NCBI RefSeq assembly: GCF_006345805.1
Contig: NC_043013.1
Span: 5,952,001 to 6,016,000 of the forward strand
From: Octopus sinensis
Lineage: Eukaryota
Direction of reading: 5' to 3'
DNA length: 64,000 nt
The position numbers and the translations under genes were made by a program. Shown here piece after piece: positions 12,825 through 25,679 of this stretch (position 1 is the stretch's first letter; each line of letters opens with the position of its first letter). The notes under the pieces are model-generated. The model searched no databases. It saw only the letters and a program-made list of their open reading frames with translations, and had not been told where the DNA came from.

Positions 12825-13375
12825 TCATGTAGTCATAAGTTCTAATCTGACTACAGAAACTGCGCTATGCCCTTCCTTGGTTCTACTGTGTCGCTGATGA
12901 ATAAAAAAAATTTTTTTACAAAAAAGAGTTCAAGGAAACAAGGGGGAGGGGCATCTGCTTCAGAAAAAATTATAAGGTTTCTGAGTTTGGATAAGTCTAT
13001 CTGCTGTGGAACGAAGAATCTAATGGTTTGAGACTGACCCCTTTTCTCTGAGTGAAATGAATTTCAACTGACAAAGAAATTTATTCAAATTTATTAAACT
13101 TTATTTTAATAACAGAAAAAGCATTCAGCTTTAAAAGTAGAAACTAAACCCAAACAGACTGGAGCCTGGTGCAGCACTCTACCTTTCCAGCTCCAGTCAA
13201 ACCATCTAACCCATGCCAGTATGGGAAATGGATACTAAATGATGATGATGATGTCGGCACACACACACACATACACAAATATATATACATACATATATAG
13301 ATGTGTGAAGGCACATGGCTTAGTTGTTAGGGTGACGTACCCATGATTGCAGGATCATGGTTTTGATTCCCAGAT

Positions 13376-13984
13376 TGAAGCACGACCTTCGAACATTAGG
13401 TCTCACCAAGGAAATGACTAGAGACTGAGACCTATGGAAGTATGCTGTGCGTGAGAAGACCCGGTAAGACTAGTGAGACCATAACCCAAGGCCTCTACCT
13501 GGTATGTAGCCAGTCGACTTATACATACCTTTCCTTTTTGGGACACAAAACTCCACTTGTGAAGACCCGTTGAGGCAAGTGAAAATCAAATGAAATCAAA
13601 TCAGATATCAGAAAGCAGAACCAAAATCGAAGTCGATCAACATCAATGGAAATTGCGACTGTGATACCAGTGCCGGTGACAAGTAAGCGAACCATCTGAT
13701 CGTGGCCGTTGCCAGCCTTGCCTGGCCCCCGTGCCGGTGGCACGTAAAAAACACCATCCGTTCGTGGCCGTTTGCCAGCTCCGTCTGGCACCTGTGCCGG
13801 TGGCACGTAAAAAGCACCCACTACACTCATGGAGTGGTTGGCGTTAGGAAGGGCATCCAGCTGTAGAAACACTGCCAGATCAGACTGGGCCTGATGCAGC
13901 CTTCTGGCTTCACAGACCCCAGTTGAACCGTCCAACCCATGCTAGCATGGAAAGCGGACGCTAAATGATGATGATGATGATGAT
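13376..13984 (+). mobile_element. 5'-truncated RTE LINE (ORF C-terminus + 3'UTR + (GAT)n tail) nested in a SINE
   Basis: 13378-13467 reads KHDLRTLGLTKEMTRD*DLWKYAVREKTR*. The 3'UTR has a ~63-bp internal duplication and ends ggacgctaaatgatgatgat. SINE head lies at 13305-13375 and the SINE body resumes at 13985. Confidence 0.85.
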
Positions 13985-14263
13985 AGGCAATGTGTTGTGT
14001 TCTTGAGCAAAACACTTTCTCATTACTCCAGTGCACTCAGGTATAAAAAGTGTAAACCCTGTGATGGATTGGCACTGTGTGCGAGAGGGAATGCCGCCCT
14101 GCTCATGTAGCCAGTAGAATGGTAGTATCCGAAAGCTACAACAATACAAGGAAGTACATTGTGATCAGTGGTGTGTAACACCTGATAGTTTGGTTGTTAC
14201 AGTGATAGCTATAGCTATCTATGTAACTATCTATCTAGCTATATATATCTCTATATACTCAAA

Positions 14264-14488
14264 TTAACCCTTTAGTATTTAAAGCAGCCATATCCGGCCC
14301 AAATATTCTACTTGTTTCCTGTTCAAACTGGCCAGATTCAACTTCTTACACCTACTCTACAATGTCATACTAAAAATAAGCAACCACATCATCAAAATCT
14401 TGAAGCTACAAGATACTTGATTACTTCATAACAGTGTGAATCAAAAGACATTATATTTGATAGAGTAATCTGACTGCTAAAAGGTTAA
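14264..14488 (+). mobile_element. piggyBac-type MITE, second subfamily
   Basis: ttaa-ccctttagtattt ... ctgctaaaagg-ttaa. TTAA on both sides, internal sequence differs from the other MITEs. Confidence 0.7.
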
Positions 14489-14564
14489 AATGTTTGTTAA
14501 AATTTATCTCTCCTGTGTTGTATCCTTTTTTGTGCTCATTGCCTAATAAATAACGTGTGTATGC

Positions 14565-14611
<47 letters not shown>

Positions 14612-14803
14612 AAGTATGGGGGCTTAGTCCACAGGTGATCTAAGTGCTGTAATGGATTACTAGGGCTCAAAAGTTATAGCTAAGACAATAGTTATGGAGC
14701 CATTGCAGATTTCCAATATAGCGCATATATAATTGTTAAAGAGGACAGTAAACATTAAGGCAAGGCTTGAGATGTTTGCCTTGCCTTGATGCTTTTTCTC
14801 TTT

Positions 14804-14853
<50 letters not shown>

Positions 14854-15554
14854 GCACACACACATACGTAGAAAAAAAATCTATGAAATAGAAAAACAGT
14901 AAAATGACTGAAAAACAGCATTAAGAACAGCGCACTAAATTTTGTCCATTTTCTTACTGCCCCCACCGTTAAAAAGAATTGTGATAAGTTAAGAAATTGT
15001 TGACCTATAAGGTATAATTCCTCCACTGCGATCTTAAAATATCCCTTCCCCGCCTCCAAAAGTTAATGGAAATAGAAATATTTAGTTATTCTGATTGTAA
15101 CACTACATATGATCTGGACATTCATTGCCAGCTAATTAATAGTATCATTTAATGAAGAAATGATTTGGATTTGTGAACACAATGTAGGAAATTAACAATT
15201 GCAAAAAAAAAAAAACAAAAAAAAAAAGAAAAAGAAAAAAAAACAAGAAAACTGTTACCATGAGAATACTGCAACACAGGATATTAAAAAGAAATAAGTA
15301 TGAGTATTAAAATAATGCAGCGTTGGAGTTATTTAGCAGTGAATGTTCCAACAGGTGGAATGAGTTGTTCAATTAAGAAACTAATCCACTTCAGGTAGAT
15401 CATATCTTTATGAGAATGAGAAGTTGAAACTTATAGTGAGAGATGTTAAAACATTCTATCTATGCTTGCTATTTTTAGAACTTTAACCTTTTCCTTTACG
15501 TAACTAATACTGAATATTTTATCAACTGGAGCTCTAATAATAATTCCTTAACTC

Positions 15555-15753
15555 TTGTTTTTTCTTTTTTACCATATATTTGTTGAAATAACACAGTGAT
15601 TGTTTTAATTAATTTGGAAAATAATGAAGAATTTATTAAAATAACACTTGTTATTAAGCTGGCGTTTGGAACACAGCATGAAATGTTTAAACGAGATTCT
15701 TGTATCATAGGAATAGGAGGCAGTCCCAAACAGAGAGGCATCAAAAGGGTTAA
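15555..15753 (-). mobile_element. piggyBac-type MITE (degraded)
   Basis: Ends ggcatcaaaaggg-ttaa. Reverse complement resembles 12603-12824. Confidence 0.6.
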
Positions 15754-15797
15754 AGGAGGTTTGAAACTCAGCATTTATCACTGAATTGAAGATTAGC

Positions 15798-16019
15798 TTA
15801 ATTCAGTCTTTACCATATTTCTCATGAAATACTCTTTCAATTAATTTTGAAAATAATTAAAATTTTTTAAAATAACTTGGTTACTATTAAGCTGGTGTTT
15901 GGAATATAAACTTCCATGAAATCTTGATTGAAAGTTTTTAACTTGGATCACCTTAAAACAAGAAGCTTGTATCACAGCTCTAGGATCAGTTCCAGGCAGG
16001 TTGGCATCAAAAGGGTTAA
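15798..16019 (-). mobile_element. piggyBac-type MITE
   Basis: ttaa...tttaccatattt ... ggcatcaaaaggg-ttaa. Confidence 0.65.
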
Positions 16020-16049
16020 TTTTATGCCATGTCATTTCTTTGAGGGATG

Positions 16050-16330
16050 CAATGGTTTGATTAATCCCCACTTTTCAATGATTCTCCAGCCCTTATCTAC
16101 AATGGGTGTTATGATCAACCAATTCCTCTAATTTCCCTTCATGTACACATTACTTTCACCTCTCAGCACACCGACACCTTCTTTGTTTACTCTCCATATA
16201 TTCCCTACTCCAATGCCAGCTGACCAATTCCAGTCATTGTCCTTGAACTCATCAAAATACCCCTATCATGAGAGTCCAGTCTGCTACCAACTTAATATAT
16301 TTCTTCATTCATCATCTATTCACATCACAT
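16050..16330 (-). pseudogene. Possible RTE endonuclease fragment, heavily degraded
   Basis: Minus strand WRVNKEGVGVLRGESN loosely resembles the RTE APE N-terminus. Many stops. Confidence 0.25.
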
Positions 16331-16354
16331 CATCCTATTGAAACACCTTTATCT

Positions 16355-16690
16355 TTTATCTTTCACTTGTTTCAATCACTGGACTGTGGCTATGCTACAG
16401 CATCGTCTTAAAGGGGTTAGTTGAAGAAATTGACACAAGTACTGATGTTAAAGTCTGGTACTAATTCTATAGGTTTCTTTCACAGAATCATTTAATTACA
16501 GGAACGTAATCAAACCAACACCAATCGTCAAGGAAGAGAGCAAATACAAACTCTCTCTCTCTCTCACAGTGGGCTTCCACACAGTTTCTGTCACTCACAA
16601 GGCATTGGCTGGTGCGAGTCTATAGTAGTGGACACTTGCCCAAGGTACTGTGCAATAGGACTGAACCTGAAATGTTGCCAAGTGAGCTTT
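16355..16690 (-). mobile_element. SINE family A
   Basis: ttgtttcaatcactggactgtggctatgct ... ggacacttgcccaaggtactgtgcaataggactgaacc. Confidence 0.8.
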
Positions 16691-16761
16691 GAATCATTTA
16701 TACTATCCAGTCATATCTTACAAATATTTACTTCAAGAAACATGAGAAATGTAAAACTATG

Positions 16762-17008
16762 TTAATACTTTTCATATCCACCTCCGGGTCTCTGATGCAA
16801 ATTTCCTAATTATAATGATTTCATATTTAAATTCGAATTTTTTGTGATAATTTCATGGCAAGCATCTCTTGATAAGAAATTATATACCAAACACCATCTT
16901 AATAACAACAAAGTTGTTTTACTAAATCTTTCCAAATTCTTGATAATTTTTAAAATTGAAATACAAGGACTGTGTATTTCATTAGAAATATACTAATGAA
17001 AAGGTTAA
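16762..17008 (+). mobile_element. piggyBac-type MITE (degraded)
   Basis: ttaa...; ends gaaatatactaatgaaaagg-ttaa, like the 3' end of 41014-42094. Confidence 0.6.
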
Positions 17009-17708
17009 TGACCCGAGTAGCTGATTCCAGAAGAGTAAATGATAGGATACTAAAAAATACAGCTGAATAGGTACTTTTAACTACTGAAACATATTATTTA
17101 GTGAGTTTTCTTACCAAGACCATCTTTGTTGTTGCTTTGCCTCAGACAGCTATGACCAAAAGACAATCCACTCATGACCAGCCAGTATTTTTCCTAGGCG
17201 CAATGAATCTAGGATCATATTATCCATCACATATTTCTTTTCTAACACTTAAGGGAAATTTAACTGCTATCTCTAGCAATGTTGGTTGACAATGTATAGG
17301 TTCCCTCACTGGTTTGTGATCAGTTTACAATTTAGCAGGTGTTTTAACTTCAAAAGACGTGATCCCAGAATTTACAGCTATATGAATGTGTACCAGAACA
17401 CTGGGTAGCACTGGCTTTCTTTCAATAAATTTCATTCACATGATAATTTTTCCAGTACATATGTACGCATAGATACGAGTTTTTCAAACTGTTATTCCAG
17501 TTTAAAGCAATTGTATGATCAAAACTGAACAATTACAGATACATTTGCAAACACACAAGAGTTTCTTCAGTTATAAAAGTGACTACCTTTAATTAACTCA
17601 ATTAATTAATTATGTTCAGCTAATGATTGTTTTTGGCCAGCTCTCTTTTAATCAGTGGAGAAAATGAATGAGTTTGTACCATTACTCAGTGTTCATTTAC
17701 TACTTCAG

Positions 17709-17778
17709 ATGATGAGCCAAATTTTACTGGCCATCTTCGCCAGCTTGGCTACAGAAGGATACAGAGAATGTATCATAA
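17709..17778 (+). CDS. Candidate internal exon of an unidentified gene
   Basis: Acceptor tttactacttcag, donor gtaaac. Open frame (D)DEPNFTGHLRQLGYRRIQRMYH, phase-compatible with 22484-22568. No recognised homology. Confidence 0.2.
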
Positions 17779-18785
17779 GTAAACAATAAAATGTAGAGAT
17801 AGCACATCACTGCAAACAGTCTAGCAAGTAAACAAGTTGAAGCTCTTTCTTAGTCATTACATAACCAGAACTGACCGATACCATTCAATCAATTCCCAGT
17901 ATCTTCTGTTCTATTTTCTTTAATAAATTCATATTGCTGTCTTGACCTTCATTTCAACAAACATCTCCTTTCAGTTTGACACATTCAAACATGGCTGCTG
18001 CATAAGCAGCAAGTCAAGCAACTTAGACAGAACTGTTGCTTTTGTTGTTAGCTGGGCTGAATGATTATTATGATGCAAATACTGATTTTTATTACTGCTG
18101 CTGCTGCTGCTGTTATTGTTAACTCCAGTCAGGTTTGCTTGAGCACACTTACGCCATAGAGACAGCTGATTGATTATTCACAAGTAACCCCTAAGTATTG
18201 CACCCCAGATATGCCATAATTTAACCTGTTCTCGAACTGACCACCATCAACAAATACTTGGTTATCATCTGTTCATCATCATCATTTAATGCTTGTTTTA
18301 CATACTGATATAGGTTGGATGGGTCGACAGGAACTGGCGAACCAGAGGATTGCACCAAGCTCCAATGTCTGCTTTGGCATGGTTTTTATGGTTGGATGAA
18401 TAAAACCTCTTTTGATGGCTACCATGAGACAATGTGACAAGAGAGAGGACCTATTATTAAAGAGAGGGATCCATGTTTGTGATGGAGTTTTTACATAATT
18501 GCTTACCCTAGCAAAGCAGTAAGTGAATGTCACTCATCCCTGCTATCTCTAAAATGGGGAACACAAACTAGAGAATCTAAATATTGTGACAACAGATATA
18601 CCACTGATGTATCATCTTGAGAAGGGTGGGTACAAGTTCCCTAACCAAAACTTATTCCTGAATAGACTGAATACCAATTCTTTAAAATTCTAAACCATTA
18701 CTATACTCAGCAACATTCAGTGCACATATATGTATATATGTGGGAGTTACAACCAAAAGATACGAGAGCACTCAATACTTACACC

Positions 18786-19295
18786 TATTACAAGGTTGAA
18801 GAAAAATTTTGTGCACTGTGTTAAAAAAATTATTATTTTTATGCAAGAATTTATTCAAAAACAAATATTCTTCAAAATAAAGACCACCATTTCCCATGAC
18901 CTTCTGCCAACAATCTGCAAGTTTTTGGATTTGGTCAAAGTACCAATCCTTCAGCTTTGAATCGAAAAATTCTTGACAGGCTTCTTCAACTTCATTGAGT
19001 GACTCAAATTGGTGACCTTTCATAAAGTGATGCATTGATAGTCAGATGGAGCAACATCTGGACCATAGGTTGGATGCGGCAGAACTTCTACACCGTCCAA
19101 TTCTTCAATCTTGTTGCTGACCTTTCTGGCAGTATGCGATTTTGCATTGTCTTGTTGAAACGAAACATGTTTTTGACAAATACAGTGAGTCACCATTGAA
19201 CACGACATGAACTGAATGAACACACACACACCACAAAAATATATAAAAAAAGCATTATTTTAACACGGCACACAAACTTTTTCCTCAACCTAATA
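18786..19295 (-). mobile_element. Internally deleted mariner with both TIRs and a transposase C-terminal remnant
   Basis: Left end tattacaaggttgaagaaaaattttgtgcactgtgttaaaa matches the reverse complement of the right end (tattaggttgaggaaaaagtttgtgtgccgtgttaaaa). Minus strand reads QQDNAKSHTARKVSNKIEELDGVEVLPHPTYGPDVAPSDY, then HFMKG...WQKVMGNGGLYFEE. Confidence 0.9.
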
Positions 19296-21765
19296 TTACC
19301 ATCATTTTAGATTTGCTTTTCATGCCGGCTTGGGTTAGACAGGTCATCACAATTGAAGTTGGTTCTTATTTAAAGTTACTACCCTCCTAGATAGGTCATG
19401 GGACAATATTTCATTTGCACTTTCTGTTATAGCGCAGTTTCTATGGTTGGATGACCTTTTTGATGCCCCTCTCACTTCATGTTCAAACAACTGACTTTGT
19501 GATGACCTGTTCAACCGATGCCAGAATGAAAAGCAGAGATAAAATGATGATGAGGATGATAATCACGAGTCTAAGTATTGAGTACATACAGATTATAAAC
19601 TGCATTTTGTTGTGACACCAGCATGAGAAGGGCTGTCATGTTATTGGCAAGATTAACAAGTCCTCTCATTGTTTCTGTTTGTTCACCGACTACTTTACTG
19701 AGCATATTGAGGACATTTTATCATTGTCTTTGTTCATTCAAAGCAAAAATGACTGAGAGAGTGAATAAGACAGAAGCTGATGACAGAATATGAAAGTGAT
19801 AGGAGAGAAACAGAGAGAGGCAGCTACATATTGGTTATTGGTAAGGAGATTGAATAGAAAGACATGAGTGGTGTGATGGAGGATGAAGGAGTGATAGGGA
19901 AGATCGAAATGAGAGGAGGAGTCAACAAAGAGTGATAAAAGAGGGACCACTGCAAGAAAGGGGAGAGAAAGGGTGTGCATCTTGATGTGGATATTCCCAC
20001 CCTCACTCCTCTGTACCACATTCTCACACATGCATGCAAGAGAAGGCGGAACTAATAGAAGATATGACAGTTAAACTCTTTATTTCATCTACTTAGATTC
20101 TCAGTTCAAAATACATTGTCACTTCACATCTGGAATTCTACTATGTACAAAAATAGGCCTTGGGTATTTTCTAAAGATACATGTAGTTGTGTTTTGTATG
20201 TGTGCATATATAGAAACAAGTGTTCAAATATAAAATTAAGTTGATTATTATTAATAACAATAATATCAACACAAAAACAATGGTATATTATCTATAATAG
20301 TATTTTCCAATATAAGGCCATGCATTGTTTAGAGAAGATATGTGCACTCAATTACGTTAACACCAGTATTTAACTGGTACACATTTAATAGACTTCGAAA
20401 AAGAGGACAATGCAAAGTTGACTCTTTGGGATTTGAATACAAATCAAGCTAACAAACTAAATACCAGAAGGTATTTTTGTTTCCTACCATTTTTATTTTT
20501 ACTACAGTGACAATGGAACAACAGAAATAATACTACAGTGTCAATTTCTGTCTCTATTCTCTCTTAATTTATCTTCTTGTACCTTGAGGGTATACCCTGA
20601 CACCTCAACTGCACCATCCTTTCTCTCTTTCCAGCTAGGGTGGCCATGTACCTTCTCTAAAGTAAGATACCAATTCCTGTCCCTCTATAGTTATTTCAAC
20701 CTCTCAACATCTGGCACAGATCCACCCACCCCAATATTGTACTCCCACTCAGTTAGGAGGTCTTGTCTTGCAGGTTGTTTGGTGACCTCACTAGTGCTGG
20801 TGTCATGAAACAAAAAAAAAAAGCATCAGGTGTGCTCTGTAAAATGATTAGCATCAGGAAGAGCATTCAGCTGTAGAAACCTTGTGAAAACAGACGCTGG
20901 AACTCAATGCAGAGTGTTGGCTTCTCAGTTTCTGTTGACCCATTGAACCCATGCCATGGTATAAGGATGTTAAATGATTTTTATTTACTTTTCAGTGCAA
21001 ATGTTTACCTTGCCTTTTGTCCTGATATAATAGTAAATTAATACTGGAATCAATTAAGTTGCTACACTCTCACATTCTTTCTTTCAATTTAGAAATATTT
21101 TTATTAAGATTAAAAAGGGTTACAGCAAATCTCTAGTTGAACATGAAGCAAAAAAAAAAAACCCCAAAAAACTAAATGAAAGTCTTTGTAAGTAAACTAA
21201 AAGGAACTAATTGGCTGATAGAATAAATCACCACCACCCTCTTCATAAAACACCCACATTACCTGAGACACCCCACACCATAAAAGCTGGAGCTATTAAG
21301 TCCACAAATGCTGTAGGTGAGCAAACATTTAAGAAACTCTAGGTTCATTCAGAAGAAAAAGAAGCAATGTTAGTAAAGTCTAAGAGTTGAACTGACACCA
21401 AGGACTGCAGTAAGAGTGTAATGAAAGGTCAGCTGGTTTAGTTTGGGGAGGTGGTAAGAAAGAGACAGGAAATAATATCAAGGTGTCCATGAGAGTGTGA
21501 GTGAGTGTGGTTGTGTGTGTGTGAGTGTAGGTGTTTGTGTGTCTGGTGTAATTATACACATGGTAGTGGTGGGACAGCTGGAATTGGTGGGGGAGGGGTG
21601 TTGTGTACTACAGGCGGTTGTTACAAGTACTTTTGAGATAGGAGATTTAACAGAGTAGTGGTGTTAACTGAATTAACCCTCCCTCTTTTACGTATACATT
21701 TGCATGCACTACACATATTTATATACACTATATATGAATATATGCATATATACATAAGTTTATTA

Positions 21766-21796
<31 letters not shown>

Positions 21797-22483
21797 CATA
21801 CATACATACACACACATTTGTTAACACGCATTCATCCTTATACTTGCATACACACACTGAAGCACGCACATTATTGTAAGTGTGTGTGTGTGTGACATAC
21901 ATGGTCAAGTGGTTAGAGTGTAGGGCTCACCATTGTAAGGTTGTGGGTTCAATTCCTGGGTTGGGTGGAATGTTGTGTCCTTCAGCAAGGCTCTTTACTT
22001 CACACTGCTTCAAGCTACTCAGCTGAAAATGAGTACCAGCTGAGTGGTGGTGCAGCCCACTCATCCTCAAGCAGTCATATCCTTGATGTTCTGTTGGGTA
22101 ACCCAACTGGGAGGGCTGAGAGGGTGCCCGTGTTTGCAACTACATAGCAACCTAAAACAATTAGCAAGAGTGCTGTACAGACTACCAAGACATATTTGCT
22201 TGCAAGTTACATCTATGGTTTCATACACAGGCACAGCACCAATTCAAAACCATCAAAGAGAATATCTAAGGTCAGGCTATACAATTCCTGATGATACATG
22301 TAAATATCTACATTGAGTTTAAATAAAATCTATAGCTATTGTCCTTTGATGATAGGTTTGAATTAGTGAATGTAGTTATAGTGAATACAAGAAAACGGAC
22401 GAACAGAACCATTGGTCAGAGTTTCACTTCATATGTGTAATCAGTGCTATCGTTACTCATGTTACCAAATGTTTTGTTTACAG

Positions 22484-22568
22484 TAGCCTTGAGCAAATCT
22501 ACATTTTTAAAGAAAAGATAGAAATGGCTAATCTAGATTTTTCCAGATTAATTTCATTAACTGCACAG
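22484..22568 (+). CDS. Candidate internal exon of an unidentified gene
   Basis: Strong acceptor gttttgtttacag (NAGNAG cagtag) and donor cag|gtgaga. One open frame: SLEQIYIFKEKIEMANLDFSRLISLTAQ. No recognised homology. Confidence 0.3.
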
Positions 22569-22626
22569 GTGAGATATGAATAAAGTTTTACAAAATTGTA
22601 GTAACTGACTGAAGCTGTTGTATCAT

Positions 22627-22855
22627 TTAACCCTTTCGTTACCAACCCGGCTGAAACCGACTCTGGCTCTGTAGTACAAATGTCTTGTTTTCATAAGTTT
22701 TGAATTAAAATTTTCTGCCAAATCTTATTCACAATTTATGTTCCTAACACTAGCTGAATGATAGCTAAGTTAATTTACTAAATTCTTTGTTATATTTAAA
22801 GTAATTGAATGAAACACAAAGCATCTCAAAATAAATACAGTAATGAAAGGGTTAA
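22627..22855 (+). mobile_element. piggyBac-type MITE, best-preserved copy
   Basis: TTAA 22627-30, ccctttcgttac ... gtaatgaaaggg, TTAA 22852-55. Termini identical to those of 41014-42094. Confidence 0.9.
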
Positions 22856-23099
22856 ATAAACATCATGCAAATAGATGCATCATCACTTGATTAAAACTTT
22901 AAAAATACCGGGACACAAAATACACACTTAGGCACAAACATTGTGAAACCCTCATATGCATATATACACCTGCATACAGAACACCATACATCAGTATATA
23001 TGCACCTACAAAGATACATCAGTGAAAATAAACATAATTATGAAGAAGAAAATTTAACAATTATGTTACATGTGAAAGAAACTCTAAGCTTAGTCATCA

Positions 23100-23385
23100 C
23101 TTGCAAATACCACCCGGTAGCCTTAGGCCAGGCACTCCACTGGTTATGAGGACAAGGGTTCCAGTTGATCTAGCCTACACATGAAATTAACATGCAAGTG
23201 TCTGAGTACTCCACAAACAAGCACACCCTTATTGTAGTTTTCAAGGAATTTCAGCATAACACACAATGTGACAAGGCTGACACTTTGTCTTGTCCAAGGG
23301 TGCAATGTGCCACTGGAAATTGAACTCATGACCCTGTGATTGTGAGCTGAACACCCTAACCAATAAACTATGTGCCTGCACTCAG
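23100..23385 (-). mobile_element. tRNA-derived SINE (further family)
   Basis: Reverse complement has head ggcacatagtttattggttagggtg...gagttcaatttcc, then a body (gtggagtactcagacacttgcatgttaatttc) distinct from families A-C. Confidence 0.6.
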
Positions 23386-24313
23386 TAGCTTGTATCATGC
23401 TTTCTCAAAATGCTTTTGGTGTCTATGTAGTTACAAGCAGACAGGGACCCTCTCTTGGCCCTGTCACCCATGACCAAGTAAAACATCAACAGCATGACAG
23501 CTGGAGGAAACAGAGCGCTCCGACAGTAGTTGGCTGGTACTCATTTTCAGATGAAGAGAGCCTTGCTCAAGGATACAATGAGCAGCTTGGTCCAGGAACT
23601 GAACCCACAACTTTACAATTGCAAACCTAATATTCTAATTACTAGGCTACGACTTCACATAAACTGCCATAATTGCTGCTAAAAATATACTTTAAACAAT
23701 GCAAAATCTTGACCCGCTTGGGTTTCACCACTTCTATCACCACATATCTTTGGTAATAGCATCCTACAGGGATGTTGGCCTGCAAAGGATCTGGACACAA
23801 ATTTGACCTTGAGACCACGTATTACTTGAAAGAGTGAACAGTGTGATACACATAACATTTTTCAGGCTAGCACAGCTTGAGTGCTGATCCCGTATCACCA
23901 TCATTTAATGTCCACTTTTCCATGTTTGCACGAGTCAGATGGAATTTGTTGAGGCAGGTTTTCTATGGCCAAATGCCCTTCCTTTCACTAACTCTCACCT
24001 GATGCCAAGCAAAATAATATTTTCCCATACCTAGCCATGGAAATGAACAACTTCATTTGTATGATGATGATGCTCATTTCCAACTATCACGTGATATCTA
24101 GACAAAGGTACACATACACATATATATGAAGGGCTTCTTTCAGTTTCTGTCAACCAAATCCACTCACACAGCAATGGTTAGCTTGGGACTATAGCAGAAG
24201 AAACTTGCATAAGGTGCTGTGCAGTGGGACTGAACCCAAGACCACATGGTTAGAAACAAACTCCTTAACAACATGGCCACACCTGTGATTTTAATACATT
24301 TTTCATCAGCCAG

Positions 24314-24358
24314 TTCTGTGTCGTTAGTCAACTGGGTCAGGGTTTTCTAAGTGGGCAG
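24314..24358 (+). CDS. Candidate 45-nt exon
   Basis: Acceptor ttttcatcagccag, donor cag|gtatgt. Phase 0-0, reads FCVVSQLGQGFLSGQ. Confidence 0.15.
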
Positions 24359-25679
24359 GTATGTAGATAGGTAGAGTTAACCGACATTAACAAAATTATC
24401 TACTGTTTCTTTGGAACAGACAATTTTATATCAGTGGTCATACTAAACCCTGGAAGGTACTGGGATTATCAAAGTGAGCTATAATCAATTAGTAGAGTTA
24501 TTCCAAGAGTGGTGCTTGTTGTAGCTAATGATACCACCATCATTACCATCGCTTAATATCTGCCTTCCCTGCTGGCATGGTTTGAACGGTTTGACAGGAG
24601 CTGGCCAAGCAGAAGATGGCACCAGATTTCTGTGTCTGTTTTGGCACAGTTTTTATGGCTGGATGCCCTTCCTAACACCAACCATCCAGCAGAGAGGATA
24701 TGAGATTGAAAATTCCTGTTATGGTTTTTACTATGTCATGTGGCACTCACCTAGATTATAGCGGCGGGTAAAAAGACCTGAGTATAAAATGTAGAGCCAA
24801 AGTGGAGGATATGGGGAGGCATGGAAACCACAGCCTAATATACAGGTAGTGAGCGGGCAGAAATCATTGGCACGCTAGGAAAAATGCATAGCAGCAGTTC
24901 GTCCATCTTCACATTCTAAGTTCAAATTTTGCTGAAGTCACTTTCCTTTTCAACACTTTTTGGGTCAATAAAATAAGTACCAGTTGAACACTGGGGTTGA
25001 TGTAATCGACTTACCTCCTGCCCTGAAGTTGCTGGCTTTGTGCCAAAATTTGAAATCAATACTTAAGATAAACAGAAACATACACACACACTAAAGACCT
25101 AGGAATACAAGACTCCAACAACAGCAGGTGCTGTGCTACTAGGTTAAGGGTTCGAACTCTGGCTATCAAATAAATAGGTAACAGGCTGCCTTCATTGGCC
25201 AAGTGGTTAGGGAAGGCCGTTTAGATCAAATAAAACATTTGTTCCATTGTGTAAATTTTCAAATTTTGATAGTTATTTAGCCCATGTCAGAATGATAACA
25301 TAGATACTACTATAAATATAGGCATTTTAACATACACTTTTCCATCCTGGACAGAGTTTATTGAGGCAGATTGTCTATGGCTGGATGCCCTTCCTGTCTC
25401 CAAGGAAGGTAATATTTCCCCATGGTCAGACATGTTTACACAGAGTATTGGAAATGGATGCTCCTGTTTTATGACAGCCACACTCATTTAAAATCACAAT
25501 GTAATAAGACAAAGAGATACAAACATACACACACTCACAATAGGCTTCTTTCAGTTTCCATCTACCATAACTACCCAGAAAGCTTTGGTTGACCAGGGAC
25601 TATAGTAAGAAGCACTTGCTCAAGGTTCTGCATATATGTGTGTGTATGTGTGTATATATATTAACAAATAATTTATTTG

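Noticed and set aside
14757-14788. 10-bp hairpin aaggcaaggc/gccttgcctt and other 10-16-bp palindromes (about 9735, 14205, 36288)
   Set aside because: Short or low complexity, within chance expectation.
17110-17190. Minus-strand exon candidate EKYWLVMSGLSFGHSCLRQSNNKDGL with a gtaaga donor
   Set aside because: The sequence resembles a short dispersed repeat also present near 45530 and 54715, and the acceptor is weak.
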